A stretch of 63,140 bases of DNA, counting the filler, from Chiloscyllium plagiosum (taxonomy: Eukaryota), in the NCBI RefSeq assembly GCF_004010195.1. It is 5 parts of one record of this genome, joined end to end, with 100 filler letters (N's around TTAATTAATTAA, not from the genome) between each part and the next. Parts side by side here need not be neighbours in the genome. Positions count along the whole stretch, not along the records: positions 1 to 23,914 come from NC_057710.1; 4 more parts are not named here. The stretch is one strand, 5' to 3'. The notes under the pieces are model-generated. The model was not told the origin of the DNA. It did no database searches and worked only from the letters and a program-made list of their open reading frames with translations. How positions within the stretch are numbered: position 1 is the first letter of the stretch; each line of letters opens with the position of its first letter. Shown here piece after piece: positions 1-10,544 of the stretch. The position numbers and the translations under genes were made by a program.

Positions 1-81
1 GTTGGGTGGGCTTGGATCGGCGCAACATCGAGGGCCAAAGGGCCTGTACTGCACTGTATTCTTCTATGTTCTATGTTCTAT
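1..81 (+). mobile_element. 3' tail of HE1 SINE/HER1-type CR1 LINE
   Basis: GGGCCAAAGGGCCTGTACTGCACTGTA followed by (TTCTATG)n, matching other HE1/HER1 tails in the window. Confidence 0.75.
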
Positions 82-287
82 CTTTGGACTATGGGAGGAA
101 ACCCACGCAGACACGGGGAGAACGTGCAAACTCCACACAGACAGTTGCCCGCGGCTGGAATTGAACCTGGATGTATTCTTCTATGTTCTATGTTCTATCT
201 TTGGACTATGGGAGGAAACCCACGCAGACACGGGGAGAACGTGCAAACTCCACACAGACAGTTGCCCGCGGCTGGAATTGAACCTGG
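55..287. repeat. Perfect tandem duplication, 117-bp period
   Basis: 55-170 is identical to 172-287; seen as a repeated 39-aa block in ORF 2..352. Confidence 0.95.
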
Positions 288-340
288 GACCCTGGTGCTG
301 TGAGGCAGCAGTGTTAACCATTGAGCCACCATGCCGCCCC
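199..340 (-). mobile_element. HE1 SINE, 5' half (tRNA head plus V-domain)
   Basis: Reverse complement reads GGGGCGGCATGGTGGCTCAATGGTTAACACTGCTGCCTCACAG...GGTTCAATTCC...GTGTGGAGTTTGCACGTTCTCCCCGTGTCTGCGTGGG. Confidence 0.9.
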
Positions 341-1370
341 AAATGGTGGTAACAATTTGATCAATCTGTCCCACAGACTGTTAAAGTGCAAGTGTTATTC
401 ACATTTAAAAGAATTTATATTGCGCGTATTCCAAGTATTAGAATTCATCATGAATATAATTTGTGCATATTCATCATTATCTTTTCTCCTTCCTCAAAAG
501 ATCATGAGACCTTTCAAAGATCCTGACACTGTATTCTGGATAGTTCACTTATGTTACTTAAAGCAATTACTAATGGTTCCTTAAGTATTTAAGGATTTAG
601 GATGTATTTCCCGACTAACTCAATTCTGTTGTTCTGCTGTAAAGTCAGATTTTCTAAAACTGTTTTCACTCGGCTTAATTTTAATCTTTCCCTTTAGTGA
701 TAGCTGTATCTTGTTTTCAACAAGTTGGTAACCATTGAACCTTCTCTTCTCTGTAGCTCAGAGCAATGTCTCATTTGTTCCCGGAATTCTAAAGGAAATG
801 ATAGTTTCTCCGGGAGGTTTTTCTCAAGACATTTAATTAAATAACCTTCTTCTTCAAGAGCACAAGTTAGAACCTAATTCCTGTTCATATGAGGCACATC
901 AGCATATCATCCAGCAACTCAAAGTTTTGTACCTACGCAGGGAGCCCAGCTGCATATATATTTGACAGAGTTTTAATGTGTAGTCACTCATCCACTTAAT
1001 CTTTCCACTCCACTCAGAGTCAGAGGGCAGCAGAAGATGGTTTAAACTTTCTTTCTACCATTTTCCACAATGGACAAGGATTTAGTTTTCTGTCAGTTGT
1101 TGCTTTTGCAATTTTCAAACTTTATATTTAGACAATTACCTTCTGTTATCTTGTTCTAGATTGTATATCTAGGTGAAGGACAGAGCTGAAGTCAATTGTT
1201 ACATGCTTATAAGCTTGTACATACAGTGATACACATTACAAACATGCATCTCCTCACCTAACAGCACAACAGTTTCAGCATGTTCCTACACAGACAAACC
1301 CAAATAATTGCCCATTAAATATACACAGGCAATTAAATATTCAATTACTATTCAAATAGTAGTGGAACAC

Positions 1371-1618
1371 TCTGGATGTAAGTTTTCTCACAGAGCTAGA
1401 ATGTTCGTTTTCAGATGTTTTGTCACCATACTAGGTAACATCATCAGTGAGCCTATGGTGAAGCACTGGTGTTAGTGACCCACTTTCTAAATAGTAGTGC
1501 TTCACCTGATGATGTTACCTAGTATGGTGACAAAACGTCTGAAAACAAAACTTTCAGTGTGAGCAAACTTACATCCAGAACCTCAACCTGAACTACAAAT
1601 CTTCTTAAAACTCACTAA
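1371..1618. mobile_element. Penelope-like element 3' end pair in inverted arrangement, two hammerhead relics
   Basis: TCTGGATGTAAGTTT (1371) is inverted to AAACTTACATCCAGA (1565-1579); CTGATGA-T-GTTACC/GGTGAC-aAAAC on both strands; same family as the GIY-YIG element at 53752-54220. Confidence 0.8.
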
Positions 1619-2155
1619 CACCAGTGGAGTGCTGTTCTACTTCTTCCCCAACTTCCCAAAATATTGAGACATCTTTCCATGGTAACCTTTTAACCTTCTC
1701 CCACTCCCCCCCTCTCAATATTTAATTGAAGAGGGCATTCTACTAAAATAATTATCCATAGATGTCAATGGTCTTTCATAATATGCAAGTATGTTGCGTG
1801 AGATAATGGCTCAGTGCAGTTGCTTAAGTGCAATATTGCAACTTGTGCTAGAAAGAATGGCTGTATTTGTGAATGGTTCAGCTTTTTTACCCAGCAGTCA
1901 TTGCTGATTGAATTGCCATACACTGCTATTGATGAGATTGAGTTGGATTCACTGGATCAAAAGCTAAAGAATGTACTGGATAAATTTGACCTCCAGTAAC
2001 AGTAAATTGCAGCTTAACTGGTTCTGAAACCTGGTTCAGGCCTATCTCTTGTATTCTGGGATTTTGTTCATGCAAAATCTTACACAACCATTAATGCACA
2101 CAGATTCCCAAAGCAGCTTAGACAGTATTTTTGGAAGGATGTCCTTCACACTTAC

Positions 2156-2202
2156 TCATTGTCCTCATAGACAACAAGACATTGAATTTTAAATGTAGCA
2201 TC
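2156..2202 (-). other. Candidate exon (47 nt)
   Basis: TTTTGCTTCTTTAATTAG acceptor and GTAAGT donor. Confidence 0.3.
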
Positions 2203-2494
2203 CTAATTAAAGAAGCAAAATTTCAAAAGTTATCAATATGGATGAAACTTGAAAAGAAATTAACACATTGATTGCAGATTAAAAATATCTCTACATATGG
2301 GGGGAGTCTTTCTGATTCATGACTTTCATTCGAGATCTAACTTTCACTTTCTTGCCTTGCCAGTGTCTTTCTCTCTCTTAAGGGATAAACTTCCTCCTGC
2401 TGTGTAAATGAGCCAGCACTTATTAAGCTGTTATGCTGTCTCTAGTTGCATCATAAAATCTGATATTTTTCAGCAATGCTGAAACAACAATGTG

Positions 2495-2809
2495 AGATTA
2501 GATTAGATTCCCTACAGTGTGGAAACAGGCCCTTCAGGCCAACCAGTCCACACCGACCCTCCGAAGAGTAACCCACCCAGACCCATTTCCCTCTGACTCA
2601 TGCACCTCACACTACGGGCAATTTAGCATGGCCAATTCACATAAACTGCACATTTTTGGACTGTGGGAGGAAACCGGAGCACCCGGAGGAAACCCATGCA
2701 GACACGGGGAGAATGTGCAAACTCCACACAGCCACCCAAGGCTGGAATCGAACCTGGGACCCTGGTGCTTTGAGGCAGCAGTGCTAACCACTGAGCCACC
2801 GTGCCGCCC
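2495..2809 (-). mobile_element. Full-length HE1 SINE
   Basis: A/B-box tRNA head (GGGCGGCACGGTGGCTCAGTGGTTAGCACTG...GGTTCGATTCC), V-domain, HER1-type tail ending (AATCT)n. Confidence 0.95.
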
Positions 2810-2820
2810 GTGATTGGATC

Positions 2821-2920
2821 CAAAAACAGAAATTGCTGGAGAAACTCAGCATGTCTGGCAAAGTTGGTGGAATGAAAGCAGAGTTAATGTTACAAGACCA
2901 GACACCTTCTTCAAAATTGA
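2821..2920 (-). mobile_element. Penelope-like 3' end relic
   Basis: AAAACAGAAATTGCTGGAGAAACTCAGCA...GCAGAGTTAA; recurs near 3362-3550, 13975-14105, 15130-15240, 26940-27125, 33190-33325 and 55366-55550. Confidence 0.7.
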
Positions 2921-2974
2921 TGGTAGCGAGGAAAAGATAGTATCTATGCTGAAGACAGGGGGATGGGAATAAGA

Positions 2975-3250
2975 GGCACTTTTATAATGTAGGCAACACA
3001 ACTATTAATTTGTACACATTATGGTCCAACAAACAGTAATGTGATAATGACCAGATAATCTGTTCTTTGGTGATGTTGCTTGAGGCTTACACATTGTCAG
3101 ATCATCAGGGAGAACTACCTTGCTCTACTTTGACGATGGAGTTGGAATCTTTTAAATCTACATATAATGAGCAGATGTGAAATGACACTTTAACCCATAA
3201 CCTTCTGTCTCAGCGGTGAGTGTGCTACAAACTGAGCCAAGATTGATACA
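2975..3250 (-). mobile_element. Degenerate Deu-domain SINE (SacSINE1/AmnSINE-like)
   Basis: GTAATGTGATAATGACCAGATAATCTGTT...GGAGAACT...GGAATCTTTT; homologous to 29305-29600. Confidence 0.6.
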
Positions 3251-3807
3251 AATATATTCCATCATTAAAGCATAGAGACTGTGAATAACTGTCCAATTAA
3301 TGTCCTACACTCTTACAACATCTATTCAGTGTTTAACGCAGTAATTAACTTATTTTAGGAGCAAATTACTGCAAACGCTGAAATCTGTACTGAAAACAGA
3401 AACTGCTGGAAATCACAGTGGGTCAGGTCACATCAGCAGAGAGAGGGCTTAACGTTTTGAATCTAGAGCTCTGGTGAAGAGTCATCTCAAACCAATATGT
3501 TAGCATGTCTCTCTCCACAAATGCTGTTTAACCTATTTTGTTTTGTTCAACTAGAGAATTAACATTATTTTCATAAACCCCTCCCAAAAAATGTTGGAGA
3601 ATGTATGTGATCATCTGATAATTGCCAGATCTTGAAATAAAAATAAATCAGTTTTCCATCTCACTTTGCCCTGAGTAAGCATCAGTCACTCTGTGAATAT
3701 TTAATTTGTGACTTCATTTAGGATTGGTGAGGTTTCACTAACAGCACAGAGTCTTTTTACATGAATTGTGAAACTTGGCTTATTAGTCCAACCCCCATAT
3801 TCCCTAC

Positions 3808-3956
3808 TTTGCTACAAGGCTACGTTTCCACTCTGCTGGAGGAACAGACCTCGCATTCGCATCGGCCCTACAATAACTTTCATGTTCTTGTAGCTTTTTC
3901 TCTAGCTTACACTTTGTCCATGAAAATGTTGTGCAAGACAAGTCTACTGGGTTAGT
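3808..3956 (-). other. Candidate exon (TNPVDLSCTTFSWTK...; alternative donor after 3911)
   Basis: CTAATGACCCTTTTACAG acceptor with branch-like CTAAT; only phase 0 is open. Confidence 0.28.
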
Positions 3957-4224
3957 CTGTAAAAGGGTCATTAGATCTAACAATGCCAAAGATGCCAGAA
4001 AAAGTTATTTTCTATTTTCACAGAGCATTTCCTTTCGGCTGTTTTGTGTTCTGTATACTGATTTGTGCACTCTGGCTAACAATAACTACACTTACTGGCA
4101 ATTGTTTCATAGAGTATTCTTATTTGCAGTCTCAGTAACTTGCAGAAACATAGAAATTAGCGGAATGGTAGTGGAATTAAATGAAATGATTTAGATAAGA
4201 AAGAAGAGCTGACTGAGTATCTGT

Positions 4225-4455
4225 TTGACTAAGTGGTGGTACTATCACCTTGGAGTCAGTAGTATGAGAATTCAATCTTTAATCTAAGACACATGAGCCT
4301 GCAATCTAGTTGACAATTTAGAGCAGGAGTGTTTTTTTCTGGACAAAGTATTTTTCCTATCTGGGTAGATGTAAAGGTTCCCTTATTGATGATTTGCAGA
4401 AGAGTGGAATGCTTTCCAAGAGTCCTTGTCAAAAAGTTATCCCTTAATCAATATT
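4225..4455 (+). mobile_element. Degenerate Deu-domain SINE
   Basis: Decayed tRNA-like head plus GGTAGATGTAAAGGTTCCC...GAAGAG...TATCCCTTAATCAA. Confidence 0.5.
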
Positions 4456-4477
4456 TCCAAAGGTTGTTCATCTCATT

Positions 4478-4572
4478 TTTTTTCTTGAGGTCATTCCACC
4501 CAAAACGTTAACTCTGATTTCTCTCCACAGATGCTGCCAGACCTGCTGAGTTTTTTTCAGCAATTTCTGATT
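4478..4572 (+). mobile_element. Penelope-like 3' end with 14-bp target-site duplication
   Basis: TTGTTCATCTCATT at 4464-4477 and 4573-4586; the insert starts inside a hammerhead relic (GGTCATTCCACCCAAAACGTTAAC). Confidence 0.75.
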
Positions 4573-4635
4573 TTGTTCATCTCATTGTTTAACAACACCC
4601 TGAGGTTTGCATTTCATCACTCAAGGCTACTTCAA

Positions 4636-4876
4636 ACAAAATCAGAAATTGCTGGAGAATCACAGCAGGTCTAGCAGTATCTGTGGGAAGAAAGCAGAGT
4701 CAACGTTTCGGGTTCCTTGACCCCTTTTCGGAACTGATTGCAGGGAAAAAGTGATGTATATGCAACAGTGGGGTAAGACGGGGGGTTAAAGGAGTGAACA
4801 ACTGGTGGAGGTGGAACCCAGAGAGACACAGAACAGCAATTGGGCAGACAAGGGAATCGATAATGGGAGACAAGAG
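4636..4876 (-). mobile_element. Penelope-like 3' region, interrupted by a SINE
   Basis: Same terminal motif with hammerhead relic at ~4699-4735; purine-rich body probably resumes at ~5225-5365. Confidence 0.65.
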
Positions 4877-5225
4877 GGAGGCAATGGGCTAGTGGTATTA
4901 TTTATTAATCCAGAGCCCTTGTAATGTTCTGGGCACCTGGGTTTGAATCCTGTCATGGCAGATGGTGGCATTTAAATTTGATAAAAAATATCTGGTATCA
5001 AGACTCTAAGGGTGACAGTGAAAGAAACATTGTCGAATGTTGGAAAAACCCATCTGGTTTACTAACGTCCTTTAGGGAAGGAAACTGCCATCTTTAGCTG
5101 GTCTAGCCTATATATGACTCCAGGCCCAGTGCAATGTAGTTGACATTTAACTGCCCTAAGGACACTGTGGGATGGGGAATAAATACTGACATGGTCAGTG
5201 ACCCCCACATTTGGTGAATGAATAT
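4877..5225 (+). mobile_element. tRNA-headed SINE family B (tail shared with LINE family 2)
   Basis: A-box-like CTAGTGG, B-box GGTTTGAATCC, body CCCATCTGGTTTACTAACGTCCTTTAGGGAAGGAAA, tail GGGATGGGGAATAAATACTG...TGAATGAAT. Confidence 0.8.
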
Positions 5226-5447
5226 GAAAGAAAAAAGATGAGTGGGGAGGAAGAAAATAATAAAGACCACGAGTAAGAGAAAATGGCTTGGTTGAAATGA
5301 AAGCAGCCCATGGGGTGACAAGGTATGGAGTGTGGGGATGGGTAAAGGACAGGTTCTATAAGTAGCAAACTAATTCGAAGGACTACTTCAAAAGTCATTC
5401 TCGACTGTGAAGTGACTTGGAACATACTGGGGTCACAAAAGGAACTT

Positions 5448-6116
5448 CAGAGGAAACTCAATTATCCCAATACCAATTATCTGAAAATTGGATTATCCGA
5501 AAGAGATCTCGAAGTCCCGAAGGAAACATTACATCAAAGATGCGTTTCCAACAGTGTTCGCGTCTTTTGATTAAACAAGCGCTGTCTCCAAATGACTGAC
5601 TTTCTGCCCTCTCTCTCTCTCCCCACATTTTCCCTGGAGTTTTACAGAATGGTGTACCCTAAATCCCTCTTCCCCAGAGAATCTCTCCAACATTGTCCTG
5701 AATAGGGCAAAGGTGGAACCTGGCAAAACGTTGTGGTAAAAAGGTGTGTGTGTGTGTGTGCGCAATTTGGAGACTTACCCCACACAGGCAACTGCAGCAA
5801 TGTGGTTGTTGGTGTCCAGTCCAGCTTCCCCGGAGAGGGGCGAATGTCTACGGGGTTGTGGGGCGATATTAGACGAGATTGGGGGGAGGGGCGATGTTGC
5901 ACTGGGTTGGAGGCGGTTGCAGTGTTGGATGGGTTTGGGGGCAGGGACTTGTGGGCGGGGACTTGCGCACTGTGTGCTGCTGCAATCTCCTGAACGGGAG
6001 CAGACTTTAAAAGTGCCGAGCCCCAGAGGAAAAGCATTTAATCAATTAACCAAATAATCGATTATCCGAACGAAATAGTGCCCGCCCATCAAGTTTGGAT
6101 AATCGAGGTTCCCCTG
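5448..6116. mobile_element. pogo/Tigger-type (Tc1/mariner) non-autonomous DNA transposon, 669 bp
   Basis: TIRs CAGAGGAAACTCAATTATCC / GGATAATCGAGGTTCCCCTG, TA on the right flank, subterminal ATTATCCGAA repeats. Confidence 0.85.
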
Positions 6117-6212
6117 TATTTAGATGAAACTCCCTTCTGTCTGAACGGAAGGTAGAAATAGATGTTATTACATCAATGAACAACGTTGACAGCTGTTACT
6201 ACTCAAGACCAA

Positions 6213-6287
6213 CATAGAGTCATAGAGACGTACAGCATGGAAACAGACCCTTCGGTCCAACCCGTCCATGCCGATCAGCTATCCCAG
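6213..6287 (-). mobile_element. HER1/CR1 3' tail fragment
   Basis: CATAGAGTCATAGAG...CAGCATGGAAACAGACCCTTCGGTCCAAC. Confidence 0.85.
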
Positions 6288-6676
6288 GAGCTCCCTCTTG
6301 TAGTTGCGGATGTTACAATGGTCCCATTTTTTAGCTTCTTTCCCACTGAATAGCACAGCCTAGCTGCTCAATACAATCACACCACTACAAAACACAATAA
6401 TTGTCCTGTGCCCAACCTGAAGCCTTTTCTCCGTCTCACTAAGAAATCACATTATGTTACAATAGTTTGACTTGTGAAGACATTGGAATATACAAAGGCG
6501 ATTAGGCTTTCAATTGCTCATTGTAGGTTGAATGTAGTCCCTGTTTGATATGCAATAATAGAATGGCTGGATCACTTGATTGTTTTGACACACTCGACCA
6601 GTGAATCCAATAGACATTTTGTGCCAAGCAAGTTGGAATTATTTACCTAGCACAGTGGATAATTCAGCATTCTTAC

Positions 6677-6745
6677 CTTGCCAAGTATCTTCCAGTATGA
6701 TATTTTTTCCATATCTACTTCTGGTGATTGTGTTATATCAGTAAG
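6677..6745 (-). other. Candidate exon (69 nt, LTDITQSPEVDMEKISYWKILGK)
   Basis: TAG acceptor and AAG|GTAAGA donor; only phase 0 is open; unique sequence; protein not recognised. Confidence 0.3.
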
Positions 6746-6761
6746 CTAACCATTAATGGTG

Positions 6762-8575
6762 AAAGCAACAAGAAAATCATTTATTGTGCACTCGGAGGAA
6801 AACATTCCAAGATGTTTTAGAGCACCATTATCAAACAAAATTTTGATACAAAACCAAATAAGCAGATATAAGAGATGATCAAAAACTTTGTCAAGGAGGA
6901 AGGTTGTAAGATGCATCTCAAAGGAGGCTGGGGTGGGGGAGGGGTAGTGAGTTAGGAATCAGGGGCTCCAGAAATGTGAAGGCATGGAGATGAATGCCCT
7001 AGCAAGAGGCTAGAATTGAAAAATCCAAAAACTTCAGAAGGTGTGGGGTGGGAGGAGATTAAATGAGATCAAGCAGGCATTTGCAAACAGAAATAAGAAT
7101 CTTTAAATTGAAGTGTGCCTCAATCTAAAGCAAGTCTCGGAGCATGCGGGTGATGGTCAACAGGACACAGTGTGAATTAAAACATGAGCTGCAATGTTTG
7201 GCAAGCTTATGGGAGCCAGCCAGGAATGTGTACGCTTTGTTGTAGTAAAGGAATGGGGGATGAAAGTTTCAGCAGCATATGAGTTGAGTGGGTCAGAGAT
7301 AGGCAATGATATAGAGATGGAAGCAGAGCCCCTCTGTGACAGCATGAGTAGATCATTAGAAACTCACCTTGGGGTCAAGAGCAATGAAAGGCTGTAAAAA
7401 AAATGGGCTGGAGAATTTACATGGAAGGAATGATTAAGGACAATAAGGCAGTAAATTCAGAGATTTGGGCAGCACGGTGACTCAGTGGTTAGCACTGCTG
7501 CCTGACAGTATCAGGAACCCGGGTTCGATTCCAGCCTGGGGCGACTGTGTGGAGTTTGCACATTCTCCTCAAGTATGCGTGGGTTTCCTCCAGGTGCTTC
7601 TATTTCCTCCCACAGTCTATAGATGTGCAGGTTAGGTGAATTGGCCATGCTAAGTTGCCCATAGTGTTCAGTGATGTGTAGGTTTGGTGTGTTAGTCAGG
7701 GGTAAATGTAGAATAATAGGGGTAGGGGAATGGATCTGGATTGGATACTGTTCAGAGGGTCATTCAGAGGGACGTGTTGGGTCAGAGGGTCATTCAGAGG
7801 GACGTGTTGGGCCAAAGGGCCTGTTTCACACTGTAGGGATTCTATGATTCTAAATTCAGACAAGTGAGAAAATGATACATAGAGATGGCTGTCACCAAGG
7901 TCAGAATTACTCACAGTAGAGGTTGAAGGAGGAAAGCAGTGAAAATATCGGTCTCTGAAACATTGACAATAATACCTGGTTGGGGTATAGCAGAGAATGA
8001 GGAAGCCAAAATAAGTCAGTGAGGACAAGGGCCGATACATGAACAAGAATGAAGCAAATATAGAGGCATCAGAGGTTTGGACGGCTGAATGAAGAGTGGA
8101 AGGTGTGGGGGCCAGTCAAGAGAGTATCACTATCATGTCTAGATGTAACAAAAGAAAGGATAAGAGTTTCAGGCTGAAACAGGACTAAAGATGGGCAATG
8201 AGCGATGGTGTCAGGGGATCAGCATAGGACCAAAAAAGAGGATGATGAGAAGGTGAACATTCCAGGTCAACCTAAGCTGGTGGCCATTCAGCAAGTTGGA
8301 ATTTGAGGTGGGAGGTGGAGTCTCTCAAAGTGGTCCAATACAACGGCTTTAATCTCCCCATTGTCAAATTGGAGTAAACTTCAGCTCACCCAGGACCGGG
8401 CAAAGAGAGGAGTGGTGTCAGAAGAGGTATAGTCAGTCTGCACATCATTCACCTGGAACCTGAAGTGATATTTTCATGTGGCATCTGGTCTGTTTGTGGA
8501 TGAGAAAATATTGGCATCAAGGATATATCCTTGAGGAACCCCAAAGACGATGGTGCAGTGACAGGAAGAGAAGCC
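6762..8575 (-). mobile_element. Old L2-type LINE relic (further pieces near 9280-9540, 12960-13300, 55560-55770)
   Basis: L2-like 3' end at 6762-6930 resembling the reverse of 40500-40670, followed by purine-rich decayed ORF2; interrupted by an HE1 copy. Confidence 0.55.
7467..7850 (+). mobile_element. Full-length HE1 SINE with internal 30-bp tandem duplication
   Basis: tRNA head, V-domain and tail; 7752-7781 = 7782-7811; TAAATTCAGA on both flanks (7452, 7851). Confidence 0.92.
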
Positions 8576-8576
8576 A

Positions 8577-9177
8577 CATGGAAAAGTTGGGAGGTCATGT
8601 TGCAGCTGTACAAGATATTGGTTAGGCCACTTTTGGAATATTGCGTGCAATTCTGGTCTCCTACCTATTGGAAGGACGTTGTGAAACTTGAAGGGGTTCA
8701 GAAAAGATTTAAGGATATTGCCAGGGTTGGAGGTTTGAGCTATAGGGAGAGGTTGAATAGGCTGGGCCTGTTTTTCCTGGAGCGTCGGAGGCTGAAGGGT
8801 TACCTTCTAGAGGTTTATAAAATCATGAAGGGCATGCATAGGATAAATAGCCAAGGTCTTTTCCCTGGGGTGGGGGAGTCCAGAACTAGAGGGCATAGGT
8901 TTAGAGTTAGAGGGGAAAGATATGAAAGAGACCTAAGGGGCAACTTTTTCACGCAGAGAGTAGTGGATGTATGGAATGAGCTGGCAGAGGAAGTGGTGGA
9001 GGCTGAGACAATTACAACATTTAAAAGGCATCTGGATGGATATATGAATAGGAAGGGTTTGGAGGGATATGGGCCAGGGGCTGGCAGGTGGGACTAGATT
9101 GGGTTGGGATATCTGGTCGGCATGGATGGGTTGGACCGGAGGGTCTGTTTCTGTGTTGTACATCTCTATGACTCCAT
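8577..9177 (+). mobile_element. HER1/CR1 LINE, ORF2 C-terminus and 3' tail
   Basis: LYKILVRPLLEYCVQFWSP...RTRGHRFRVRGE...FFTQRVVDVWNEL; tail ending CTCTATGACTC. Confidence 0.93.
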
Positions 9178-9609
9178 AATTAAACTCACTTGATGAAGTT
9201 CTAACTGAGCATACGCCACCTAGTGACAGACATATGTCAATGCAAGGAAAACTACCTGAATTGATCAATGTCTGCCACTAGGTGGAGCTCAGGCCTTCAT
9301 GAAAGGGCAGAATGTCAGAAAAGGCCACTTTAAAGGGTAAGAAAAGAGGGTGGGAATGAGAGACAAGAGATGGGGATGTTGAAAGGGGACTGAGGGCAGA
9401 GACAGGGACAACTGGAGGAAGGCTGGAAGACTGAATGTGGGAATGCAAGCATGTAGAGAGGGCTTTGAGAGCAGACAGGCCATTCTAGAGGTCTATGACA
9501 GTCCAAAAAAATGAGATTCACAACATTTAGTGATATTAGGTATATCATTAGTTATATTAACATAATTGTATTAATATTATTAATATTAATAATTGTCAAT
9601 AAATTAAAA

Positions 9610-9745
9610 AAATTAATCACAACCACCTGATAAAGGAGCAGCACTCTGAAAGCTAGTGCTTCCAAATAAACCTGTTGGACTATAACCTGGTGTGTGATTT
9701 TAAACTTTGTACACCCCAGTCCAACACCAGCATCTCCAAATCATG
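9610..9745 (+). mobile_element. Penelope-like 3' end with hammerhead relic
   Basis: CAC-CTGATaA-A-GGAG/CTCT-GAAAGCTA-GTG then AATAAACCTGTTGGACTATAACCTGG; same end as 21375-21455. Confidence 0.75.
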
Positions 9746-10544
9746 ACAAATAAGTAATGTGGCATATGAATTTCAGTATTGCTGTGATGCTAGGCATGTA
9801 GGCCATAGATCCCAAAGGCTAGTCCACTTGTGGACAGCAATAACACGGAAGCACTTTGCACTTATTTCAACTTAACAAAATAGATAACAATCGTTCTTTA
9901 ATTTGTTACTCAGGGCAATGTTTTGACCGGAGCCATCCTGCATGGTTTACATTAAAAGAAACTTGGTGATTAATTGCCACTCATCATGTGGCTGGTGCAT
10001 TCTCCATGGAAGGGCCCCTATCGATCAGAGTCCACACGTCAACCTGTGAATACTTTTCTCATCCAGTACAATGTGATGTTCTTTTGTGCATTGTCTCACC
10101 ATAGCAGGTTGAACATGGGCAAGGAAACAGTGGCTGATCACCAGGCACCTCAACCACACCCCCTCAAAAGACTGGGCTGATGAAAGAGCACTGCTTCAAC
10201 CTGATCTCCCTTGGAAGAATCATTGACTGTACAGAATGCCAATCGGTTGGAGGGTGTCATTGTTAATTATGACTCAGCAGTAGCACAACTGACCAAGCTG
10301 GAGTTCTAAAAGTACATATTGCTAGAAACATACATCACCTCATTCTCACCAACCTGCCTGTAACACTGCATATGCCCATGACAGCATCAGCGGGAGTATT
10401 TGTGGAGACGCCATCCATTGTGTGGTATTATCACTGTGCTCCATGAAATACATTTGGAACATATCTACCAACTTAAGATGGTATATCATGAGCAATAATG
10501 AGCCGTCAGCAGCAGTAGAATCATACGCCATAACAATCTACCAC

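Noticed and set aside
1814..1999. Protein-like + strand ORF end (IELPYTAIDEIELDSLDQKLKNVLDKFDLQ*) after TTTTTTACCCAG
   Set aside because: Could be a terminal exon of a gene outside the window, but no partner exon or homology supports it
2740..2809. tRNA-like sequences with A/B boxes (also 7467, 52314)
   Set aside because: They continue into the V-domain and LINE tail, so they are SINE heads, not tRNA genes
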